Assembly: GCA_951406725.2 (NCBI GenBank)
Contig: OX597819.1
Span: 26,784,001-26,848,000, forward strand
DNA from: Octopus vulgaris
Lineage: Eukaryota
DNA length: 64,000 bases
Direction of reading: 5' to 3'
Numbering within the stretch: position 1 is the first letter of the stretch; each line of letters begins with the position of its first letter. Both the position numbers and the translations under genes were made by a program. The notes under the pieces are model-generated. The model saw nothing but the letters and a program-made list of their open reading frames with translations, had not been told where the DNA came from and did not search any database. Positions 1 through 14,135 of this stretch are shown in pieces.

Positions 1-251
1 GAAAATATCATCAATAATGATACAAGTGTTTCCTCGTGTCGTTTTACTAATCTGCCGACAAAGTATAATATCTTAAAGTAGGGATAGGAAGTTTCTTCAA
101 GTATCCATTTGTCGCTACTATTCTAACTCAATAACATGAATTCCATTGAATGATTTGAAGGGGTCTACAGCACAATCTTTCGATTTGTCATTTATCCAAC
201 AGCTTTATATTTTATCTAGAATTAAAGAGCATAAAGCTTTAAGAGTCAATA

Positions 252-560
252 GGTGCAGGCGTGCCTGTGTGCTAAGGAGCTTCTACGATAGCCCTGGGTC
301 AACCAAAGCTTTGTGATTGAACTTGGCATACTTGGAGACTGAAAGAACACGTTGTATACATATACTGTATATGTGTGTGCGTGTGTGGGTGTTTGTGTGT
401 GTTTACCTTCCCGTAGCCGAGTGGTTCGGCAAACGAGAGCTATACTATAAGTACCAGGCTTTCAAAACATAAGTACTGGGATGGGTTTATCCCTCTGAAA
501 ACTCTTGTAGGCGGTGCCTCAACATGGCCGCACTGAAATGACTGAAACTATTAGTAAAAA
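252..560 (+). mobile_element. SINE family A (tRNA-derived, internal microsatellite), diverged and internally deleted copy
   Basis: Similar to the cleaner copies at 7911 and 24189 (ggtgcaggcgtg..., gtggttcggcaaa, ggcggtgc...catggccgca...atgactgaaac). Confidence 0.75.
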
Positions 561-596
561 TGAATACGTTGAAATCGCACGCACACATGCACACAT

Positions 597-627
<31 letters not shown>

Positions 628-644
628 TACATATATATATACAC

Positions 645-689
<45 letters not shown>

Positions 690-694
690 TATAT

Positions 695-747
<53 letters not shown>

Positions 748-762
748 CATATACATACATAG

Positions 763-806
<44 letters not shown>

Positions 807-1065
807 TTAAAATTTATTTACAAGTACGGCCTAGTGATGTTTCTAACAGTAACTGAACTACACAACCGATTATACCAAAAATATTCAAAAGGAATCTATA
901 GGTCAGACTAGCTTATATGGGTACATTAAAGGACAAACTAAATATAGCATTATTCTTCATATCACATGAGTGTTATTGATAATCACGTTTGTATTGAGCT
1001 CTCAGAGATATACTGCCTTATCATTGTGTGACACACACAGCGGTGTTACGTTTGGATTTTGAATA

Positions 1066-1114
<49 letters not shown>

Positions 1115-1129
1115 TGTGTGTATGTATGC

Positions 1130-1171
<42 letters not shown>

Positions 1172-1182
1172 ATGTATGCATG

Positions 1183-1224
<42 letters not shown>

Positions 1225-1238
1225 TGTGTGTACGTATG

Positions 1239-1269
<31 letters not shown>

Positions 1270-1317
1270 GTGTGTATGTGTATGCTTGTCTGTGAATATG
1301 TGTGTGGGTTGTTTGTT

Positions 1318-1349
<32 letters not shown>

Positions 1350-1351
<2 letters not shown>

Positions 1352-1555
1352 TTGTCCGAGTCAGACGCCATGATAGATCGTTAGCTACTACACACATCTT
1401 GTTTCTCTCCTTGTTTTTTCTGTGTACCTTTCTGTAGAAGAGCGTAGGCTCGAAACTTAAACGACTTTTTCTATTCCTGAGCGCTATACTAATACATCTA
1501 TTTGTTTTGTACACCACCTATCTTCGTCTTTTGTTGTTTTTTTTTCGTAAACTTT

Positions 1556-1559
<4 letters not shown>
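1350..1559 (+). mobile_element. Short element family E (~200 bp) in (TA)n with hammerhead-like motif
   Basis: Homologous to 29175, 29384, 32628, 34491; motif CTGTAGA-AGAGC-GTAG-GCTC-GAAA at 1432-1455. Confidence 0.75.
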
Positions 1560-1599
<40 letters not shown>

Positions 1600-2800
1600 A
1601 AGCATCCCGATCAGAATTCTCGACCCGTAATATACAGATGCTCAATTAACTCGTCTACGAGGCCCTTTCACCTAGTGTATACGTTGCCGAGTATTCCACA
1701 GACAAATATATCCTTAATGCAGTTTTCAAACAGAATCATCGGAAGTGTCACGATCTTGACATTTTGATCACAGGTATGATCTATCCGATGTGCGTCTACA
1801 CAATCTACATTTGCCTAAGTTTACTGAAAATGCATAGGTTGACTAGAGATTGTAGCAAATGGCAATTTTACTAGCTTCTACGCAGTAAAATTGAAATGCG
1901 AAGATTATATCTGTGAAGTGAATCTCTTAAACGTATGTCAGTTTTATATCTTCAAACTTATGTTTTTCAAAAGAAATGTACGATAGACCAACCTGTGATT
2001 ATTTTGTATGTGTCTCGTCTCTGGCGTTTGAAAATTTGCTCCTTTTATAGTAAGTTTATGATTGAAATCTCCTTCAGTTGAGAAAGTGTTCGGTTGGATG
2101 AATCTGATTATAAAGTCAGGGGATCTTGTGATGATATGAAAACTTTCGCCAAAGCCTGAGGCTATCTTAGGCCAGTAAACGTTTTACTAGACAGTATGTC
2201 CACGAATAAGTCCACTTGATATTTGGACGACATTTTCACTAAAATTACAGGCCTTGAAATTACGGTGAATACGTTATGTGTTGGTATGAACTAAAATATG
2301 GAAGATGAGCTAAATACAAACAGCTTACTATTGTGTACATGATAGAACGTGTTCTGTGTGGGAATAGAGTAATATATGTTATTACAGCTTATCTTGTTGT
2401 GATTAATAACTTTTAATAAACATACTTTCTTCATTTACATGTAATTGATCGGTGGTTTTGTTGGAATTTAGCTTAAGTGGGAAGACGTGGAATTTGGGTG
2501 ATTTTTTTTCTTTTTGTTTTGCTGTATATAAGACTTCTAGAATCTATTTGATAAATGGATAGCGTATATGTTACCCTTGAATATTGAGTTTGTTTCTGAG
2601 GATAAAGTTGCTTGTGTAAACTTTGCTACAACTAATCTAAACATACTGTAATGTTTAAACCCCAGATTTGACATAAAAACAGCATTACTTCAGGCCCTTT
2701 CATATCACAATACCTTTGAAAATCAATAAAATTAGGGAAAAGAGTTATGTAAATGTAAATAGATCTATTTAAATACTACAAATACATATTCAATTTCTTT

Positions 2801-2873
<73 letters not shown>

Positions 2874-3621
2874 AACACACAAACCGCTGTTTTTTCGCTT
2901 AGCAACCCTCAGTTCTTTCACCTATTAAAGTCTATAATTGAAATAAGATGCTGCAATTAATGATAGCTAAATAATTGTGATCAAAATAAACAAGATGAAA
3001 CACTTATAAAAATATATATACCACAATAGTTCCGATTCACGAGTTCTTGATATTATGCATGTGAATAGCATTTAAAATTAATAAAAATACATTGTGTGAT
3101 ATAATTTTCTGGTTATCATGTTTTAGGTTAGCACAATGGATTCAATTTGAAATCTACTGATACACAGTTTTTCTCCGGGAATATTTTAAGCAGAGCGATC
3201 ACATAATAGCATAGACATATTAACAGGAAAATTATTTATATCGTAACATTTTTTGCCACTATAACATGGCTGTTCTATGCAGAACTGTGTTATTACATTT
3301 TGACCCCAGGAAAACGCTTCTCTCTTCACTCCTTCGCGCCACATGGGCTCAACTCCCCTCCCCTCCCCTCTTCATCTCCCTCCCTCCTCTCCTCTCTTGC
3401 CCTGGCACCTACGTCGTCTCTTCACTCCTACCCACCTTCTTGGCAAGACAAATAGATCATGGTTACTGGGTCATCGGTACTGGATATCTGTCTGCTAGAT
3501 ATGACAGTCAACCATCCCTACTCACAAGATATAAACAGAGAAGCGGCAGACAATTACGGATCTCGTAACGGGCAAAGTAGCTAATTCTGAAATCTCTAAA
3601 CGTGATATAAATATATATACA

Positions 3622-3693
<72 letters not shown>

Positions 3694-4262
3694 AACGTGT
3701 ATGTATTACAGCTCATCATTCCCATTATGTTAACTGCATTGTGTCTAGCCACACACTTCCAGCCAAAGTAAATAGAAAAATCATTTCATCTGCCTTTATC
3801 ATATTTTGCTGCAAGTCTAAAACTTACATTTTCTCTATAAAGAGCTAACATTAAAAAAACTTATGACACTAAAACACAGTAACAAGTAAAGAAGACTTCT
3901 ACATTTTATATTTTATTATATATTTTATTCGACTGGTTTCCTTTGTCCAGTTAATCTTAATTTTTTTTCCTAAAGTATCTGTAGAAACAATGTGCTTTGT
4001 GTGAATATATTCTGCTAGTGTCTGAATGATGACAATTTTTGTTGTGTATTTTTTTAAAATCGATTTCTAAATCCTATAGAGGTTATCAATTAGTGACAGC
4101 AATTTGCTGGAGTTTAAGGAAGATTAATGTCCATTTTAGAAAGCGATAAAAACATCTTTGCTGAAGTTGATAGCTTCGGCTTTTAGAGTGATATATGTAT
4201 ATGGGTGTATGCCTCTTTCTCTCTCTCACTCTCCCTCTCTCTTTCACTATCTATCTGTATCT

Positions 4263-4345
<83 letters not shown>

Positions 4346-4427
4346 TGCATACATACATACATTCATACATACAAACATACATACATACATACATACTTAC
4401 ATACATATGAATAAACTGATAAGTATG

Positions 4428-4547
<120 letters not shown>

Positions 4548-4872
4548 TGCTGAGACCCTCTTCGGTCATGACTGACCATGGGATTGCATCTAGATAGTTA
4601 CCCTCCCAGGCATAAGTCCGGGCAAGGTTGTTTTATGGAAGACCTAGAGTTGGCCATGCATACCGGCCTCCCCACTGCATGCCACCAGCATTATCAAAGG
4701 CAAAGGCCGATACAGCTTGGCACCTGTGACGTCGGAACTCAGCTGAGTAAATTGGAGCAACGGGAAATAAAGTGCCTTGCTCAAGAACACAACACGCAGC
4801 CCGGTCCCGGATTCGAACTCACACCCTCACGATCGTACGATCGACGCTCTAACCACTGAGACATGCGCCTTC
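4548..4872 (-). mobile_element. SINE family C (tRNA-derived)
   Basis: Minus strand reads gaaggcgcatgtctcagtggttagagcg (A box)...gagttcgaatcc (B box) then gttgtgttcttgagcaaggcacttt; 3' end abuts (GATA)n. Confidence 0.8.
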
Positions 4873-4879
4873 ATGTACA

Positions 4880-4910
<31 letters not shown>

Positions 4911-5004
4911 CATATATATATATATATACATATATGAGGAAGGATATATATATGTAAGTATATATGCATGCATGTATGTGTATGTATGTATATAGGTATG
5001 TAGG

Positions 5005-5056
<52 letters not shown>

Positions 5057-5548
5057 AAGAAGGCCATGCCTGTCGGAATTGCATGCATGTTTACTCATCA
5101 TGCATGTGTGCTCTTTCAATCACTTTTCAGTAACTGAAAGATTGTATTCAGTGCACAGAGCAGCAAAGAGGCTGATTCTCACTAACCACGCTAGATAAAG
5201 AGTACACATATCTAACAGACCAGTGCAGTAATATAAACCAGTAATCTCTTTCCTTCAGTAATATTCAAAGAAATTATGGGGGACTCGCTGGCAGTACATT
5301 CATAATACCGATACTACTAGTATCTGCAGCTACTGAAATGAAGTGTCTGATAAAACACGATTTCTTTGCTTCAGAATTTTTCAGAAAACACAGGTAGTAA
5401 GTCACTCTTTATCTAGCGTGGTTAGTGAGAATCAGCCTATTTGCTGCTCTGTGCACTGAACACAATCTTTCATTTACTGAAAAGTGATTGAAAGATCACA
5501 CATGCATGATGAGTAAACATGCATGCAATTCCGACAGGCATGGCCTTC

Positions 5549-5605
<57 letters not shown>

Positions 5606-5700
5606 GCATACATACCTACATACCTATATACATACATACACATACATGCATACATATATATACTTACATATAAATATCCTTCCTCATATATGTATATATA

Positions 5701-5732
<32 letters not shown>

Positions 5733-5904
5733 CATGAAGGCGCATGTCTCAGTGGTTAAAGCGTCGATCGTACGATCGTGAGGGGGTGAGTTCGAATCCG
5801 GGACCGGGCTGCGTGTTGTGTTCTTGAGCAAGGCACTTTATTTCCCGTTGCTCCAATTCACTCAGCTGAGTTCCGACGTCACAGGTGCCAAGCTGTATCG
5901 GCCT
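4704..5904. repeat. Long inverted duplication, arms ~4704-5203 and ~5404-5904, spacer ~200 bp
   Basis: Arms are near-exact reverse complements, covering part of the SINE, microsatellites and unique sequence (cactaaccacgctagataaagagt / actctttatctagcgtggttagtg). Confidence 0.9.
5736..5904 (+). mobile_element. SINE family C, 5' part (product of the inverted duplication)
   Basis: Reverse complement of 4704-4872. Confidence 0.8.
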
Positions 5905-6299
5905 GCATCATTGGCAGTATCACTTCATATGTCTATGCCAGATATTAAAACGGTGAGGAACATCACTCAACCAAAGAGAAGAAATGTTATTCAGTTATTG
6001 TTGAGAATTCTCGTAAAATAGCGTTCAACCAGATGATAATATATGGCTTTCTGCATCTGCGCAGCATCTTGCTTCTTGACAGTTGTGTCTGTTGTTTAGT
6101 CTTACGTCACGTCAGTCGATCCTATTCGACAATCTATCATGCCTTGGGCAATGAGAATCGGCTTTATTTGCGAATTATCAACAAACTGAATTCCGTCACA
6201 GAGTACTCCGGTACGAGCACATGTGTATGGCTTTATGTCTTAATATTTATAAATCCGAGAAACTCTGAGCGACAAACGAGGTGTTGATAAATTAACTCC

Positions 6300-6344
6300 A
6301 CACACACACAGACAGACACACACATATATATATATATGTATGTA

Positions 6345-6405
<61 letters not shown>

Positions 6406-6890
6406 GTATGTATATATGTATATATATGTATGTATGTATATATGTATATATATATATATGTATGTATGTATATATGTATGTATGTATATATGTATATATA
6501 TATATGTATGTATGTATATATGTATGTATATATGTATATATATATGTATGTATGTATATATGTGTATATATATATATATATGTATGTATGCATATATGTA
6601 AATATATATATGTATGTATATATGTATATATATATATATATGTATGTATATATGTATATATGTATGTATGTATATATGTAAATATATATATGTATGTATA
6701 TATGTATATATATATATATATGTGTATGTATATATGTATATATGTATGTATATATGTATATATGTATGTATGTATATATGTATATATATATATGTATGCA
6801 TATATGTATATATATATATATGTATGTATATATATATATATGTATATTATATATGTATATATATATACATGTACATACATATTTATACAT

Positions 6891-6928
<38 letters not shown>
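6300..6928. repeat. Compound (TA)n/(TATG)n microsatellite
   Basis: Direct reading; source of many spurious YI/IY ORFs. Confidence 0.95.
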
Positions 6929-6929
6929 G

Positions 6930-7138
6930 GCTAATCCAAACATGAAAGCACAAAGAGAAAACACAACGCGGGGACGTGGAACAAGTATAGTGTTATTGGA
7001 CGCTCAGGAAAGAAAGAAGGAGGATTTAACGTTTCGAGTGGAGCTCTTCGTTAGAAATATAGGAAAAGGAAAGATAGATCCAAGGAAGAGAAGACGGAGA
7101 AAAAAGATCGCCAACGATACACATGCGGTCACATATTG
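6930..7138 (-). mobile_element. Short element family F in (TA)n with hammerhead-like motif
   Basis: Homologous to 60198-60402; minus strand TTT-CTAACGA-AGAG-CTCCA-CTC-GAAA-CGTT-AAA at 7025-7057. Confidence 0.75.
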
Positions 7139-7648
7139 ATATATACATATATATATAATAAAGATATAGTAAATAGTGCTGATAAACAATACTAACATGC
7201 TTGCGATAGACGCCAAATAGCTCTAAAACCACATCTAACACTCCATTAGTAAAGGTTGAAAGCGAGAAAATGAATAAAGAGTTTTTTTTTAATGGTTAAT
7301 TACAGATCGATTTCTAAGGTGAGAGATATCACATCTCATTTCCGTCTTAAGTATAATATATACCATAGTACACAAATGCAAATATTTATGCAAACCTTTA
7401 CGAATAATACATATACACATGTATATATGCATATATTCACACGCTTTCACGAGTCAAATTTAATTTATTCACCTCAGCCCTGTCCGTCTGCGACCAAACT
7501 AATACCGCAGTGAATATAAATTCATCGGAGTAAATAATATATGTTTATACATGTTTAAAGATAAAATTACTAAAAGAATTTAATAAAGTGGCCAACATGT
7601 AATATAATAAAAACGATATAGGCAATAATAAATATTAACATAAGATGA

Positions 7649-8073
7649 CTAGCTGTGGTCCCGTACCGTCAAAAATGATATAGGTATATTATTTTATATA
7701 TAAATAAGGTACAAAACCAAGGTTTTAGTTTAATAATTCCTTTATTATCAATTTTTTGTGAAAAATCTATCTACCTCTAACATCCCATGACTTCTTGTTT
7801 CCTACAAAAGAATTTTAAAGTTTTCCTTCCGTCTTGTACGGCATAAGGCCACATAAAACTGGCCTTGACTAAATACGGGAGCTGGCAAGTAAATACCAAA
7901 TACACAGTATAGGCACGGTGGGTGTGTGGTAAGTAGCTTGCTTACCAACCACATGGTTCCGGGTTCATTCCCACTGCGTGGCAACTTGGGCAGGTGTCTT
8001 CTACTATAGACTCGGGCCGACCAAAGCCTTGTGTGTGGATTTGGTAGACGGAAACTGAAAGAAACCCGTCGTA

Positions 8074-8127
<54 letters not shown>

Positions 8128-8949
8128 TGTGTGTGTATATGTTTGTGAGTCTGTGTTTGTCACCCCAACATCGCTTGACAACCGATGCTGGTGTGTTTAC
8201 GTCCCTGTAACATAGCGGTTCGGCAAAAGAGATCGATAGAATAAGTACTAGGCTTCCAAAGAATAAATCCTGGGGTCGATTTGCTCGACTAAAGCCGGTG
8301 CTCGAGTAAAGGCGGCCGCAGTCAAATGACTGAAACAAGTAAACGAGTAAAAGAGAAATGAGTTGGAACACTGATTGCTTTTTCTTTTCGGCGTTGAATG
8401 TTCATCGTCCCACTTCCATTACTTACACGCGCGCGCATACAAACATTCACGTACCACCTTTGTACATACAGACACATATACTCATACAGACTTGAAACGT
8501 TGTTTGATTTTTTTTTTTCGGTGCAGAATTTCCATCACCACTTCCTTCCATAATTCATCTATCTCCCCTTTTTTTCTCATTGATATGTTGTAACTGAGAA
8601 AGACACAAGTACGTTATTATAGAAGTTAATAAACAAAATAAGGTACCTATTGATCACACATACAAACATTCACATACTTCCCCTGTACACGCACACACAT
8701 ACACATATACTCACAGAGAACTGAAACGCTGTCTGATTTCTAATTTCAGCGCTGAATGTCCATCATCCCACTTCTATTGCATACACGTGCGCGCGCACAC
8801 ACACACAAACATTCGAATTACTCCCTTTTACTCATGCAAATTTGAAGCGCGTCCTGATTTTTCATTTCGCCTTAGAACTTCCATCATCCCACAACCAAGT
8901 TTGCCATCACCCCTTCCTTTCTCACTCACAGGAGTATTATTATAGTAGA
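7649..8949 (-). mobile_element. Putative non-autonomous Helitron with nested SINE A and internal subrepeats
   Basis: Minus strand begins A|TCTACTATAATAA (8949) and ends CTAG|T (7649), preceded by a degenerate hairpin; about three degenerate copies of acaaacattc...tgaaacg...tgatttt at ~8440, 8662, 8806. Confidence 0.5.
7911..8356 (+). mobile_element. SINE family A, full length
   Basis: tRNA-like head tgtgtggtaagtagc...gggttcattccc, cttgggca segment, internal (TA)n, tail ending aagtaaacgagtaaaagag. Confidence 0.85.
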
Positions 8950-9142
8950 TAAATATAATTATAATAAAGGGAGCTGATAGACAACACCAACATGTTACCT
9001 AGCAAAGGTAACAGATCCAATAATAAATCTGCATCTACAATATCTTTGTGTATCTTATTTCTACTTTCATTCTCTTATTTCCTTCTATATTTCCCATCGC
9101 CTACTTTTCCACAATAATTCGAACGCAAATATTTTCTAACAC

Positions 9143-9192
9143 CGTCTCTGATGAAGGGATATCCATAATAACCCGGAAACAGCTGTAAAACT
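9143..9192 (+). ncRNA. Minimal type I hammerhead ribozyme-like motif
   Basis: CTGATGA-A-GGG...CCC-G-GAAA-CAGCTG-TA; palindromic helix III; helix I weak (gtct/aaac). Confidence 0.6.
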
Positions 9193-9408
9193 ATTTCATT
9201 ATAATTGTCTTCAAAACTCCTCACAGTCTTGGCTTTGTTATTTTATTCTGTCTAATACATATATGCATGCTAATACAAGACCCACATTAGATTCCTCACT
9301 TGTATCATTATCGAACCAAGACCTTAACTACGGTCTGACCATAGCACTTACTTAACTTTACCCGATACTCTTCGGGCCTTCCGGATACCAATACTTCTCA
9401 TACCCTCA

Positions 9409-9498
<90 letters not shown>

Positions 9499-9616
9499 GA
9501 GTAAATAATTTCTATAAAGGCTTTTAAAAAAAACCCAATTATTTACTGGTAGAATTCGGTATGTAAATATAGCCGATTACCGGCAGGAACTTCTGTAAAG
9601 TTCAGTATATATATTG

Positions 9617-9845
9617 TATATAAGAAAAAAGGGACAGGCAAACAGGTTGCATGACCGCATACCGAAAAAATAGAAATAGCAGTCAAGAATGCTTATTTCT
9701 ATCAAAGTTGGACTCCGGGCATGACAAACCCTGTAATTCACGTATGCAAAACAGAAGGAATAGATAACGAATACGAAGTCTGGCGGTTATCTGTGAACAT
9801 CATTTTTCGGTATGCGGTCAAGCAACCTGTTTGCCTGTCCCTTTT

Positions 9846-9853
<8 letters not shown>
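9617..9853. repeat. Inverted repeat, ~50-bp arms (9617-9670 / 9803-9853)
   Basis: aagggacaggcaaacaggttgcatgaccgcataccgaaaaa versus tttttcggtatgcggtcaagcaacctgtttgcctgtccctt. Confidence 0.85.
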
Positions 9854-9911
<58 letters not shown>

Positions 9912-9914
<3 letters not shown>

Positions 9915-10032
9915 TACGTCATTTATTGACGTTTTTAGGCATTTTTATGGACCACGTTCAATATTCGCGGTTTTTCACTATTCGCGAGTGTTCTAGGAGT
10001 GTAACTCCGGCGAATATCGGGGGACTACTGTA
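9912..10032. mobile_element. One end of a pogo/Tigger-like MITE
   Basis: Terminus ...cgaatatcgggggactactg|ta (TA-CAGTAGTCCCCCG on the minus strand) with repeated attcgcg subterminal motifs; other end not found. Confidence 0.5.
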
Positions 10033-12519
10033 TACATAATCAATGTTAAGCTATTTTAATAACTGACCGCCACTTTCATCGATTAACACAAAACAATCAA
10101 ATACAACTCTAGTATTTTTGTTGTATCCTTAAACGTAGTTCTGTGTTACTGAAAAGAAATACAGATTCGTTAAAGTTTTAATCTGATTTTCACATTAACT
10201 TCTTATCTTTGTAAATGGATCGTCTCTACTTTTATTGTTTTATTCTTGTTCGGCGCCACAATTAGTATACATACGCTGAAGTACTTATTTGAGAAATTAG
10301 ATTAGTTCATATTGTCAGGCTATTGCCTTATCTCGTATTTGTTTATTTATTTAATCCGATCGTCAAAAAGTTTAGTAACTGTTACGATATTTGTTATGAA
10401 GGCACTCTGTACTTAAATATTGTCTTGTAAAACTTCTACAGGTCATCGCTAGACATAAGCTTGTCGACTGCTTCTAAATTTATCTCTTCTTGCAATAAAT
10501 AGAAGACGTACTGCTCTGAACTTTTACTCTGAATATATCATAAGTATTCAAGTACATTCCATGACTATTTATATCATCTGTGAAACATTATTACAATCAC
10601 TGCACAACTCCTCATCTGATGCTTTTATATATACGGAAAACATAAATGCAGTTTAATATGATTTTTTCTTCTATGTTAATAACCTTATATTGGTTTTGGC
10701 TCAGAAGAAATAAAATGCAATAATTCCAACAGTGAAATCCATTTCCAATCTTTTGATACATACGATCTGTCCTTTCGTACAGTCAACGGATTCAACAATT
10801 ATTTGTTTCTGCTCTTTCGATTATTAATAGAGAAAATGTAGTAGACCAAGCTGGTGCAGATTAAATTTTCCGACTCTACTCAAATCCATACTCCAGGAAG
10901 ATAGAATGTGGCAAATTGTATTTATTGCTCAAGGAAATTGAAGTTATTGCCTGAGGACCGCAGGAAATAATTTATTATATTACACTAGGATGATTATACA
11001 ATCCAATCGTGAAAAGTTAGTAACATTCTTGTAATTCATTATGCAATACCACGAAGTTCACATTAGAATTTCTTACCTAAGATACTCGACTCCCACCACT
11101 CTTTTGTGGGGCGGGGGACTGCAAAACCACTTGTCTAATGGTAGAATAGTTACATGACCTGCGTCGCTAATCCGTAGCACTGTTAAAAGATTACTTTTAG
11201 TTGCTCTTTGGTAAAGTAAATATATAATTTCATGTTTTAGGTGCTTTTCTCTAGGACATTTATTTTCCAACCACATGGTTCTCTGTCGATACCATGGAAG
11301 CTTGTCATCAACCTCGTAATACCCATTATCATCATCACCGTCGTCATCTCACTATTCCAAATTCGACTTGAGTCGGGAGCGATCTCAAACTTTCTGCACA
11401 CTCCGTCTCCAAGTTTGTGTCATAAGTTTTATCATAAGATGTGCTACAACTGTCATCCTTCAGTTTTTGCCATGAATTTGGAAGGACTGTCGTGGTTCAT
11501 CTTATGAATTGGTTACGAAAAGATTTGGCCAAAGCCTTGTGAGTGAAATTACGTATATGGAAAATATGTGATTGCCGATACACAGAAGTGTCCATATTCC
11601 TGCTAAGGAGACCACATGAGTCCTCTGTTCAACGCCACAACCCAATGCCTGTGTTGTTTTAGTGAAAGTGAACTGCATTCTGCTGCAAGCATTTAACTGC
11701 GGTGTCTTGTTTACAGATATCCAAAGTGTTTATTTTCTTTACTTTCACCTGGGAAGATTATGGGTTCAATACATCTCTTGTGTCTAATCCACAGAACTGA
11801 AAGTTGTGATCTAAACTTCCAGGTTTTATAGTTTACAACTTGATGAACTACATGTCTATTATAGATTGAATCATTTTCAATTGTATGTTTTTAATGTAAG
11901 AAGGAAAAAAAAAAGATTTTTATTCTATGGACAATTAACATTTCACCGTAGCTGTTTATTCTGGTGCTTAAAACGAATATACCAGTCGTATAATAAAACT
12001 TCAAAAAAGAGCAGGAAGGGTTGTTATCTATAAACCAGCAGCTTCGTCGTATTTTTACACCATAAGCACATAGCTGAATGTTTTATTGACGTTAACTTTT
12101 AACTTTTAATTGAATATATTTTTGTTATTCCTGTAAAGGAAAGAGCATTTGTCTGGGAGAATACATGCATTCACATATATATGCATCCACATATGACAAA
12201 GATCTGTGAAGTAGTGCATTAATTTACGTCTTGGAATCAAAGATTTTGCATGCCGCTAACATTATTGCAGAAGATCTAGTATTAATCCTTAATTTAGTTT
12301 AATGTCACTACTTGACCATTGCTTGCTATATGCTACAAGTACTTCAGCCAGGATAATTTTTGATGACAGGATAAATCCTATTACAGGATAGCATCCTCCT
12401 TCTGGTGAACTGAAAATAATTAAAGGCACGTGTCGTTTATCTGAGACGTTCGAAAAAGGAGAGGATTCATGTTTCAATTTGATTTATGATGTGACTGCAG
12501 TTACTAGTTTCAATTGCTT

Positions 12520-12553
<34 letters not shown>

Positions 12554-12638
12554 CGTGTGTGTGTTTGTGTGTGTGTGTATGTATATATGTTCAATTATAT
12601 GTGTATATGTTTCTCTCTACCTCTGTGTGTGTGTCTGA

Positions 12639-12722
<84 letters not shown>

Positions 12723-13627
12723 GTGTGATAGTGAGGCAGAGAAATGTAGGTCTGCGTGTCACGAACTGACTGATGCTAAAGTAACCAGTCACTCATAAAT
12801 AGACGCTTCGCTATGTAATATGGAAAATGATCACAAAAGCACATTCAACATCGATATAACGAAGGCACCACATTCTCCGTAAATAATATAAATAAATACC
12901 GTTTCCTCTGTTACTAGGGAACGTTCAATAAATGCTTCACATGCAAGACGTACTAATGTTGTACGTCTATAATGATTTAAATTGTTCAACTTGAGATCAG
13001 ATATGAGCTGTATACACACCCACAACACACCCATGTTTTCAGCTTCATTTGACAACAGCCAATATTTAAGGAATCCTCCATCAATACTGTTATTTAGACT
13101 TCAAGAATCTAATATAAATAGCAAAAAATTATTTAGTTTTATTTTATCATTAGGTATCAATTTTTATGTAAGTGTTACACTTAAGCAATTGCAACTGAAT
13201 TCAATTTGATTACATTGTGGAGAATTTGACAATATTATATCAGAAAATATTTATCTCACGAAACTTTTCGTGCAAATCGCATGGTTTCAAGTTGGATTGT
13301 TAAATAACAAAAAATCGTATGTCTAGCATTGCGAAATTGAAAGGAGGGTACAAATGCTAGTATAAGAGAGCGAGAGAGAAAGAGAGAGAGGGGGACTATT
13401 GAATTTCTAAATACATACATTTTGTTTTACATCTTTGCCACATCGTTATAAATGTTCAATACAAATTGCAATCATTTATGATTTGAAGTAACAGAGGGCT
13501 ACCTAAATGTTCTTACGCAGTATACACCTCATTTCGAAAATATTCGTCTCTAAATTAATACAAAGAAGTGTTCAACATTATATATAAAATAAATGGTAAT
13601 TATGGACAGACAGACAGACACACAGAC

Positions 13628-13666
<39 letters not shown>

Positions 13667-13758
13667 CATACTTATATATATATATATATATTCATATATT
13701 TCACAATCGGGTATACAAACATACACACACATATTTAAATATACATATATATATACAT

Positions 13759-14026
<268 letters not shown>

Positions 14027-14072
14027 TAAGTATATATAGCTGTTTTCTTGATCTCTTTCTCTCACTCTATCC

Positions 14073-14135
<63 letters not shown>

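Noticed and set aside
5736-5810. tRNA-like sequences (also at 26118, 33480, 54359)
   Set aside because: A/B boxes without an acceptor stem and followed by SINE bodies; not tRNA genes
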